DNA of 64,000 nt, from contig JADBKH010000007.1 of assembly GCA_014896485.1 (NCBI GenBank), positions 83,963 to 147,962 of the forward strand, in the 5' to 3' direction. Under the pieces are notes generated by a model that saw only the letters and a program-made list of their open reading frames with translations, was not told where the DNA came from and made no database searches. Shown here piece after piece: positions 56,957-64,000 of the stretch; position 1 is the stretch's first letter, and every line of letters starts with the position of its first letter. The translations under genes were made by a program, and so were the position numbers. Source of the stretch: Bacillota bacterium (GTDB taxonomy: Bacteria > Bacillota > Bacilli > Bu12).

Positions 56957-58120
56957 CTAGCGCTTATGCGTAAAGGAAAGACCTCGTCGCTTGCGGTAGA
57001 TCGCTTCGATCAGGCCCAGATCGGCGCCGAAAAAGAGTGCGGCTGAGCCACCACTACTGATGAATGGAAGCGGAATACCCATGACCGGTAACAATCCAAC
57101 ATTCATGCCAATATTGCCAAAAACATGGGCCACAAAAATGCCCGTCAATCCTGCAGAAAGGATCGCTTCCTCTTGTGTCGTGCTGCGCCGGCCGATTTGT
57201 ACCATGCGCATCAACATTGCCAAATAACACAGGATTACCAGCGCACATCCGACAAAGCCAAAGAGATTGCCTACAACTGCAAAGGCAAAATCATTTTGCG
57301 CTTCAGGGAGCTGATGAAACGCTGCCAACTGCATCTGAACTCGGTTTAATCCAATGCCCAGCAATCCACCGGAGCCTATAGACTGTTCTGCAACTCGGCT
57401 TTGGTAGGCAGTATCCCCCGCCGTGTTGGGGTGAAGGAAAGCGGTCAACCGGTCCGTGAGATACGCGTAATGGGGTATCCAGTGAGGCAGCAGGACGAGA
57501 AGTGCGAAGATGGCCAGTGCTGCTATGAAAGCAAGAGTCAGCCACTGTAAAGGACGTAGATCGGCGACAAACAGAACAAAGATCAGTTCTACGGCGAGGA
57601 CAAAGACTCCGCCGAATTCAGGCTGTGCGGCGACAAGAAGCACCGGTGGTACTGTTAGCGCAAGTGCTGCTCCGAACCGCTGCCAAGGCGACACTGTACG
57701 TAAGCGAGGGGAAGCCAATAAGGTTGCGGCACAGATGGCAAGAATAGTTTTCATCGGCTCTATCGGTTGAAGGCTCAACCCTCCCGGAAGAGTAATCCAA
57801 CTGCGCGCTCCATTGATTCGTTGCCCAAAAAGCAAAGGGGCAAGCATCATTACCAGACCGGCAAAATAGAACCATCGCGCCAAAGGAAAAAGCTTGTCCA
57901 CAGGTAAGAAACCAATCGCAATCAAAAGGAGGAGTCCCAACAGATCAAAAAGGCCTTGACGCACCACGGCTGAAAGTGTGTTGGTCACAAGATAAAGAAC
58001 AAGGAGCCCCACGCAGTCGAGTATGCTAGCGAGTATCACCAAGGAAACTTGTAGGCCGAATGACGGCGATGGATGGGCGGATCGGGTCAAAGCGGGCTGC
58101 GGTACGGCTGAACGGGTCAA
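56957..58120 (-). CDS. SEDS-family peptidoglycan glycosyltransferase (FtsW/RodA/SpoVE)
   Basis: 10-TM protein with conserved ...FIAALA.. and LPFISSGGSA blocks. Overlaps the upstream PBP gene. Confidence 0.8.
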   Translation of the reverse strand: MTRSAVPQPALTRSAHPSPSFGLQVSLVILASILDCVGLLVLYLVTNTLSAVVRQGLFDLLGLLLLIAIGFLPVDKLFPLARWFYFAGLVMMLAPLLFGQRINGARSWITLPGGLSLQPIEPMKTILAICAATLLASPRLRTVSPWQRFGAALALTVPPVLLVAAQPEFGGVFVLAVELIFVLFVADLRPLQWLTLAFIAALAIFALLVLLPHWIPHYAYLTDRLTAFLHPNTAGDTAYQSRVAEQSIGSGGLLGIGLNRVQMQLAAFHQLPEAQNDFAFAVVGNLFGFVGCALVILCYLAMLMRMVQIGRRSTTQEEAILSAGLTGIFVAHVFGNIGMNVGLLPVMGIPLPFISSGGSAALFFGADLGLIEAIYRKRRGLSFTHKR

Positions 58121-60186
58121 GCTGCACCCCCCTTTGTCGCCGGTGAATCAGGTGTTCCCGTCGGTTCAAAAGGGGGATGACCGAGAATTTGATCCGCAGG
58201 CTTGACCTGCAGTGCAACATCGAACAGATCCCTTGCAGCCTGCGCAACATCGGCCCCCATCAAACCGGCTTGTGGCACGGCGATGACCACGGCGATCTGC
58301 GGGTGATCTGCTGGCGCGTAGCCCATAAAGATAGCATTGTCGGCGCCACGTCCGCCGTTGGTCTGAGCGGTTCCCGTCTTTGCAGCAACGGTATAAGGTG
58401 TCCCTACAAACGCGGTCCATGCTGTACCTCCTGGCTGGGTAACCCCCACCATTCCTTGTCGAATGAGGGCCAGCGTCTGGGAACTTACAGGTACGTGGTT
58501 GAGGACTTTTGGGACTACGGGCAATATCTTTCCCCCTGGCGTTTGCAGGGCCTCTACAAAGTGAGGGGCTACCCTTTCCCCTGTTGCCAATGCGCTGACA
58601 TACTGGGCCAATTCAAGCGGCGTATACTGTACGATTTGGCCGAACCCGGCAATGGCAAAATCAAAGGGCATGCGGATCGCTCCGCTGTTAAAAGCTGCTT
58701 GTGCATCAATGGCATCCGCGACGCCGACGGATTCGTCGGGCCAATCGATGCCCGTTGCAACGCCCAAACCAAAAGCGTGATCGTAACGCGTCAGCAAGGA
58801 AACTGCTGGCCCAACCGCTCCGATATAGGAACTTCCTGTTTTGCGCTGCTCGAAACGTACTGTCTGATCTCCGACCATGGAAAGAAAGACATTGGAGGAA
58901 TGGGTCAATGCCGTTGCAGGAGTGATTGTCAGACCGGTAGGTCCCCCCGGCCCCCATTCATGGACGGCCGTCCCACCGAAGGAGTAGCTGCCTGAATCAT
59001 AAAGAGAGGTATCAGGTGAAATGATGCCTTCGCTTAATGCCATAGCGATCGTAGCCGGTTTTGCTGTCGACCCCGGATTATAGGCACCCTGGATGGGAGG
59101 ATACAGGCCATTGGGCGAATAGAGGGGAGATTGTTCTGCCATTGCCAAAATTTGACCATTTGTGGGGTTGATGACGATAATCGAGGCACTCTGTGGCTTA
59201 CCCCCTTTCTGCATCACTTTTTTGAACAGCTGTGAGGTTTCAAATTCGGCGACTTGTTGTAATGATGGTTGGACGCCCAAAAGGAGAGAATCACCGTTTT
59301 TTGGCGGTTGTATGACCTGCAAGGGCTGAATGATTTGCCCGTTGTGATCCACCACGACCTGTTGTTTTCCCGGCTGGCCGGCCAGTTCTTTGTCGTAGTA
59401 AAGTTCTAGGCCACTAATGCCGTGGGGCATGTTCAGATTGGCCACAAATCTCTTATCGGTACCAGCCGGAGGGGCAAGTCCAATGTTCCCCACCACATGG
59501 TCCATAAAGTCTTTTCCCATCAATGTATTTCCCTGTGCCGCAAATGTCTGAGAAGATCCTCCTGCTGCCAAATCGACGCCAGGCAGCTGATCGAGCATTC
59601 CACTGATTTGTTGTTGTGTAGGGAGATCAATCGGCACCAGCGTCGTTGTAGGCAGATTTTCATTGAAAGCGTTTAAGGTGCGTATATACGAGCTCGGCAT
59701 GTCGTACGCTTCATTGTACAGAAGCAAAGAGGTAACATCTGTCCGTGTGGGCAAATGCGTAAAGGCTCTGCCCTCAGTATCTATCAGATAAGAGTGGGCC
59801 GTAGAATCTGTATTGGCACGCCAATAGTCTTGGAAATAGGGTAGCAAGATCGACGATAAGCGTACTGCGTTTTGTTCTTCTATCTGATGCAGCTTCGATT
59901 GATCCGGAATTGCACCAGGTGTAAAGGTGATCTCAAAATTTGACCCCTCGGCGCTGACCAAAGGGTAGATCTGCCCATTGTCCAGCTTGACTTCGATACT
60001 GCCCCTTGTCGCTGGAACCGGGCTACTCGCGGTAAAGGGACGCACCACTTCATGCGCCAATTGGGGCGCTTCACGGATCTGGAGATACCCTAGGCGTACG
60101 ATGGTTGCCACGCTTGTTGCGACAAGGAGAAACGCCATTAGGGAAAACCGGTGGCTTTGGCGGCGTTTCCTCTGCATGTCCGCCAT
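58117..60186 (-). CDS. Class B penicillin-binding protein (transpeptidase)
   Basis: STAK is SxxK, SSN is SxN, KTGTAQ is KTG. It has an N-terminal anchor and a pedestal domain. Confidence 0.85.
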   Translation of the reverse strand: MADMQRKRRQSHRFSLMAFLLVATSVATIVRLGYLQIREAPQLAHEVVRPFTASSPVPATRGSIEVKLDNGQIYPLVSAEGSNFEITFTPGAIPDQSKLHQIEEQNAVRLSSILLPYFQDYWRANTDSTAHSYLIDTEGRAFTHLPTRTDVTSLLLYNEAYDMPSSYIRTLNAFNENLPTTTLVPIDLPTQQQISGMLDQLPGVDLAAGGSSQTFAAQGNTLMGKDFMDHVVGNIGLAPPAGTDKRFVANLNMPHGISGLELYYDKELAGQPGKQQVVVDHNGQIIQPLQVIQPPKNGDSLLLGVQPSLQQVAEFETSQLFKKVMQKGGKPQSASIIVINPTNGQILAMAEQSPLYSPNGLYPPIQGAYNPGSTAKPATIAMALSEGIISPDTSLYDSGSYSFGGTAVHEWGPGGPTGLTITPATALTHSSNVFLSMVGDQTVRFEQRKTGSSYIGAVGPAVSLLTRYDHAFGLGVATGIDWPDESVGVADAIDAQAAFNSGAIRMPFDFAIAGFGQIVQYTPLELAQYVSALATGERVAPHFVEALQTPGGKILPVVPKVLNHVPVSSQTLALIRQGMVGVTQPGGTAWTAFVGTPYTVAAKTGTAQTNGGRGADNAIFMGYAPADHPQIAVVIAVPQAGLMGADVAQAARDLFDVALQVKPADQILGHPPFEPTGTPDSPATKGGAA

Positions 60187-60338
60187 GGCTCGTCTGCCTC
60201 CTCGAACCTACCTCGCGCCTAGCATAACAATCTGAAGGTGCCAAAATCGTAACGCTTTCGACATTTTTTACACAGCGTCGTTCTTCCGGTGCCTTTTAGG
60301 CTCGGGGAAGCACGACGTGCGTCTGATACCACATTGGA

Positions 60339-61043
60339 TTATCCTCGCGGGGCTTCTAAAAGAGCTCGCCACAATTTGGTCAAGGCGCGTTTTTCAATAC
60401 GAGAGACATAGGATCGAGAAATCCCCATGCGCTTGGCAATCTCCCGCTGGGTTTTCTCTTCTTGGCCACCCAGCCCGAACCTTTCAATCAAAATCTCTTG
60501 TTCCCTAGGTTCCAGCGTTTTCAAGCGTTCCTGTATCTCTGCAGAGTTGATCAATACCTCTACGATTTCCGGTACGTTTTCGTCATCGGCGCTCAGGATA
60601 TCTTCGAGGGTGATCTCGTTGCCCTCGGCATCCATACCAATAGGGTCGTTGAGGGAGACATCTTGCCGGCTGTGCTTGATGGCACGTAGGTGCATCAGGA
60701 TCTCGTTTTCGATGCAACGTGCAGCGTAGGTGGCAAGCTTGGTTCCTTTGTTCGGTTCGTAAGTATCGACGGCTTTGATCAGCCCAATTGTACCAATCTG
60801 GATCAAATCATCTGTATCTGTGCGGGTATTTCCGTATTTTTTCACGATGTGTGCTACCAGGCGCAGGTTGTGCTCGATTAGCAGATCGCGTGCGCTTCGG
60901 TCTCCCTCATGCAGGCGGCGCACAGCCTCCGCCTCTTCTTCGGCTGAAAGAGGTTGTGGAAAAGTGTTGTTGCGCAGATACCCGAGGACCAGAGCTACTT
61001 GTCGGGCCAGATAGACAGCAACTGTGAGGATTCCGGAGATCAT
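60339..61043 (-). CDS. sigK: RNA polymerase sporulation sigma factor sigma-K (uninterrupted)
   Basis: MISGILTVAVYLARQVALVLGYLRNNTFPQPLS...EHNLRLVAHIVKKY...ISRSYVSRIEKRAL is near-identical in pattern to B. subtilis SigK including the pro-sequence. ATG at 61043 with GGGAGG upstream. The gene is contiguous, with no skin-like insertion. Confidence 0.85.
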   Translation of the reverse strand: MISGILTVAVYLARQVALVLGYLRNNTFPQPLSAEEEAEAVRRLHEGDRSARDLLIEHNLRLVAHIVKKYGNTRTDTDDLIQIGTIGLIKAVDTYEPNKGTKLATYAARCIENEILMHLRAIKHSRQDVSLNDPIGMDAEGNEITLEDILSADDENVPEIVEVLINSAEIQERLKTLEPREQEILIERFGLGGQEEKTQREIAKRMGISRSYVSRIEKRALTKLWRALLEAPRG

Positions 61044-61070
61044 GGCATTCCTCCCGCCTACGGCCTCGCC

Positions 61071-61078
61071 AATATATG
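61071..61078 (-). promoter_or_regulatory. Possible sigma-E/sigma-K-type -10 element (CATATATT) upstream of sigK
   Basis: Read about 28 nt before the sigK ATG. Weak. Confidence 0.25.
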
Positions 61079-61175
61079 CGCGCATCTGCAGGTGTGTGCC
61101 TGTCTCGCTGGAATGCAGTAGAAGAATGAATGCCGTACAATGGCGAGGCGAACCCACGCAGAGAGAAGGCAGATC

Positions 61176-62108
61176 ATGTCTGGACGAACTCCCACAGTAG
61201 CTTGGATTGGTTGTGGAACGATGGGCGAGCCCATGGCAAAGCATCTATTGCAGGCAGGATACGCTTTGGTCGTTGTGCCGCATCGTCATGAAGAAGCGAT
61301 TCATCGGCTGGTGGAATCCGGGGCAATGCGGGTGGAGACTGCCGCCGAGGCCGCAAGCACTGTTGATCTCGTCTTTACCATGGTTCCGGACGCGCCCCAA
61401 GTTGAAGAGGTGCTCTTTGGCGCAAAGGGGATAGTAGCTGGAGCCCATCCAGGTCTAACAGTCATCGACTGTAGTACGATTGCGCCACAAGCGGCTCGAC
61501 GGTTTGCTGACCGTTTGCAGGAGGCAGGGATCGCGTTTCTGGATAGCCCTGTCAGTGGTGGCCAGAGTCGAGCACGAAGCGGTACGCTGACACTGATGGT
61601 TGGGGGGTCAGAGGAGGTATTTCTCCCTGTTCAACCTGTTCTTCAGGCATTTGCGGAGAAAATCTTTTACGTAGGTCCAGTGGGCAGCGGGCAGGTGGTC
61701 AAGATGTGCAATAACCTTATCGGTGCTATTTTGGTGCTTGCCAACAGTGAGGCGCTCACCCTGGGTGTCAAAGAAGGGGTGCCTGCTGAACTTTTGCGAG
61801 AAGTAATCGGAACCGCAACTGGAGCCAACTATCAGCTCGAGCAGATTTGGCCAGAAAATGTCCTTCAAAACCGCTATACACCTGGTTTTAAGCTCGACTT
61901 GATGTATAAAGATCTGGGAATCGCACTTTCTTCTGCCGATGCATCCGGGGTACCTCTGTTTGCTGGAGCGTTGGCCCGACAACTCTACCAGTTTGCACGC
62001 AGCAACGGGTTGGGTGAACAGGATTATTCGGTTGTCAGTACGGTTTATCAGCAGGCAGCGGGTATTCTGATCGCGACAAGCAAACCTTATCCTATCGACA
62101 AAGCATAA
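61176..62108 (+). CDS. NAD(P)-dependent 3-hydroxyisobutyrate/6-phosphogluconate dehydrogenase-family oxidoreductase
   Basis: GCGTMGEPMAKHLL Rossmann motif and the conserved block ...SPVSGG.... Confidence 0.8.
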   Translation: MSGRTPTVAWIGCGTMGEPMAKHLLQAGYALVVVPHRHEEAIHRLVESGAMRVETAAEAASTVDLVFTMVPDAPQVEEVLFGAKGIVAGAHPGLTVIDCSTIAPQAARRFADRLQEAGIAFLDSPVSGGQSRARSGTLTLMVGGSEEVFLPVQPVLQAFAEKIFYVGPVGSGQVVKMCNNLIGAILVLANSEALTLGVKEGVPAELLREVIGTATGANYQLEQIWPENVLQNRYTPGFKLDLMYKDLGIALSSADASGVPLFAGALARQLYQFARSNGLGEQDYSVVSTVYQQAAGILIATSKPYPIDKA

Positions 62109-62135
62109 AAACCTCGGCATTGCCGAGGTTTTTTC
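62106..62135. terminator. Bidirectional intrinsic terminator
   Basis: AAAAACCTCGGCATTGCCGAGGTTTTTT. A-tract, GC hairpin, T-tract. Confidence 0.8.
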
Positions 62136-62184
62136 AATTCGGTTAAGGCACGAGAAAAGCTTGTTACATTCGACTTAGTTGCGT

Positions 62185-62442
62185 TTAGGATGCTGTTCTC
62201 TGCACCATCTTTGTCATTGCGCTGGCGATGGCCTCTTGTTCTTTTTCGTCCGCCGCTTCCCACAATTCCTTGAGCAGGCGTTGCTCCGGGCTTTGTACGT
62301 CGTAATGCTCTGCAAGCCAGTCGCCTACCCGGGCTGCCTGGCGACGGATCATCTTGGGGCTGAGCCCTATCTCTTCAGCGACCTCTATTCGCTGCGCCAT
62401 TTCGTGCTTGAATTCCTCAAACGAATCGATTCGCTCCTGCAA
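62185..62442 (-). CDS. DUF3243-family (YmfJ-like) small protein
   Basis: ELWEAADEKEQEAIASAMTKMVQ matches the DUF3243 C-terminal block. TTG start at 62442 with GGAGGTG upstream. Confidence 0.55.
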   Translation of the reverse strand: MQERIDSFEEFKHEMAQRIEVAEEIGLSPKMIRRQAARVGDWLAEHYDVQSPEQRLLKELWEAADEKEQEAIASAMTKMVQRTAS

Positions 62443-62592
62443 GAGAACACCTCCGCTTGTCGTTTCTCCAAGATAGCTTTTCTGGCAAGAAGGATACGTA
62501 TGCATCCTTGGCCGAAACGAGAAAAAAACATACTAGGAAGAATTCCCCAATTGTTTGAAATAGGGAAGCGAAGCGGCTTACGATAAAAGAAC

Positions 62593-63657
62593 ATGCACAC
62601 AGCAGCTCAGAGGAGGTGTTGCATGGCTACAGCGGGAAAGTCGACGACTGGAAAGGCGGTTTCTCCTCAGAATACGGCAACGTCATCACAGCGATGGCTT
62701 GTTGAGATCGAGGTGATTCGGGGTTTGGCTGCACTCAGTGTGGTGGTCATTCACAGCGTCGATGACAATGATGTCACGCCCTTTCTGGATGGATTGCGGC
62801 GGGCGCTGCTGGTCAGTGTTCCCCTTTTTTTCTTGATGTCATCTTTCCTTTCATTTTACAAGTATCCTTTAGGTGCCCCCAAGGGATACTTTCGCAGCCG
62901 TCTCAAACGTTTAGGTATTCCCTACCTATTTTGGGCGTTGCTTTTTAGCGTTTTGCATCCTTGGATGCAAAACGGACAGCTGCCCGGCTGGGCTACGGTG
63001 CTTCACGGCTTGTTACGAGGACCCTTCCAACTCTATTTTTTGGTTGTTTTGCTTCAGTTTGAATTTTTGTTCACGTTGACGCACTGGCAAATCTTTCGAC
63101 ACTGGCTGCTGCACCCACTGGCATTGGCACTGGCGACGGTGATCGATATGGGCAGTGTGCTCTTCTTTGATAACTATCACCGCCAATGGTGGCCCGATTT
63201 CTTTGACGGGGCACAGTCTTGGCTTCTTTTCTTCGTTTTGGGGGCATGGTTGGCTGCCTATTGGCCGTCCATCCAACGTATTCTTTCCCAGCCACGAGTT
63301 CGTTTGGCCGCATTGGCAGCGGCATTGAGCGCTGTCCTTCTCGTTCAAGACGGATTGCACCATGTTGCAGCCTACGAGCCTCGCGTCCAGGCATCTGCCC
63401 TCTTGGTGTTCCCCCTGCTTGTACAAGTTGCCCAGTTGGCTCGTGAACGGGTCATCACATTAATTGCACGACACTCCTTTGGCCTTTACCTTGCACATCC
63501 GCTTCCCTGGATGGTACTGAGCAATTTCTATGATTTTCTACCTGCTTACCCCTACTTTTTGTTGACGCTCGCACTCGACTTAGGTTTTGGTCTCGGTGTG
63601 AGCAAGGCCTTGGGGCATCGGCGGGTTTTCCGTTGGCTTGTCGGCATGGGAAAGTAG
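62593..63657 (+). CDS. Acyltransferase family 3 membrane protein
   Basis: VEIEVIRGLAALSVVVIHS plus about 10 TM segments. Confidence 0.75.
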   Translation: MHTAAQRRCCMATAGKSTTGKAVSPQNTATSSQRWLVEIEVIRGLAALSVVVIHSVDDNDVTPFLDGLRRALLVSVPLFFLMSSFLSFYKYPLGAPKGYFRSRLKRLGIPYLFWALLFSVLHPWMQNGQLPGWATVLHGLLRGPFQLYFLVVLLQFEFLFTLTHWQIFRHWLLHPLALALATVIDMGSVLFFDNYHRQWWPDFFDGAQSWLLFFVLGAWLAAYWPSIQRILSQPRVRLAALAAALSAVLLVQDGLHHVAAYEPRVQASALLVFPLLVQVAQLARERVITLIARHSFGLYLAHPLPWMVLSNFYDFLPAYPYFLLTLALDLGFGLGVSKALGHRRVFRWLVGMGK

Positions 63658-63707
63658 CGAAAGGCTTTCTTTTACGAAGAGGATTGGCTTTGATTTGGAA
63701 TAACCTG

Positions 63708-64000
63708 TCACCGATCGATCCCCGCTTCTTTATAACGGCGCGCCAATTCGACATATCCGCTTGCGCTGCCTTCTAGCCACTCTGCAGAACGTCCTTCGAT
63801 CGACTTGGCGGGTTTAGCCGGTATGCCCGCCACCAACGTATTGGGGGGCACCTGCGTGTTGTCTGTCACGACGACTCCTGCTGCAACGAGGCTATGCGCT
63901 TCGATCGTAACATGCTGAAGGACGACCGCTCCCATGCCGACAAGACAGTCATTGTCAATCTGGCAATCGTGCAAGACCGCATTGTGTCCTACCGTAACAT
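63708..64000 (-). CDS. Hexapeptide-repeat (gamma-carbonic-anhydrase/acetyltransferase-like) protein, 3' part only
   Basis: Left-handed beta-helix repeats (IDNDCLVGMGAVVLQHVTIEAHSLVAAGVVV). The gene continues beyond the window end. Confidence 0.6.
   Translation of the reverse strand, partial: VTVGHNAVLHDCQIDNDCLVGMGAVVLQHVTIEAHSLVAAGVVVTDNTQVPPNTLVAGIPAKPAKSIEGRSAEWLEGSASGYVELARRYKEAGIDR

Noticed and set aside
1-64000. CRISPR arrays, tRNA/rRNA genes, IS elements
   Set aside because: No direct-repeat/spacer periodicity, no cloverleaf-compatible tRNA-like segments in intergenic gaps, and no transposase-like ORFs were seen.

Overview
This 64 kb window has roughly 57% GC and comes from a spore-forming Firmicute, probably a thermophilic, high-GC member of the Bacillales. 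It is core chromosome with very tight operon packing, not an obvious island. It contains no tRNA or rRNA genes, no CRISPR arrays and no mobile elements. Nothing resembling a canonical defence system was found.

Most genes are on the minus strand and reproduce two Bacillus subtilis neighbourhoods, compacted. The first block (1-11.4 kb), from the left edge, runs dacB-like fragment, ytfJ, ytfI, lysA with a lysine riboswitch, spoVAEB-spoVAD-spoVAC, a dodecin gene, sigF-spoIIAB-spoIIAA, dacF, xerD, a PHP phosphatase and nudF.

The second block (11.4-40.4 kb) runs a yqxK-like DUF3866 gene, a glycosyltransferase pair with SteB/SteA homologues, spo0A, spoIVB, recN, argR, nadK, a hypothetical gene, tlyA, dxs, ispA, xseB, xseA, nusB, asp23, and spoIIIAH down to spoIIIAA with a sigma-E-type promoter. 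It continues with efp, an M24 peptidase, aroQ and gcvPB-gcvPA-gcvT behind a tandem glycine riboswitch.

On the plus strand (40.5-46.6 kb) are a SNF2 helicase coupled to yqhG, an MFS transporter coupled to a zincin-like HExxH protein and a small ORF, and a SEC-C/TPR protein.

The right third (46.6-64 kb) holds a tandem-duplicated Pro-rich lipoprotein, a NYN protein, pgm-galE-asnB-aroE-yqeG, an MFS transporter, an LCP protein, a SEDS-PBP pair, an uninterrupted sigK, a dehydrogenase with an intrinsic terminator, a DUF3243 protein, an acyltransferase-3 protein and a hexapeptide-repeat fragment.

The least expected pieces are the SteA/SteB-glycosyltransferase module fused behind spo0A, the 168-aa membrane protein coupled to nadK, the duplicated-domain lipoprotein, the MFS-zincin-small-ORF triplet, and the dodecin gene between sigF and spoVA.
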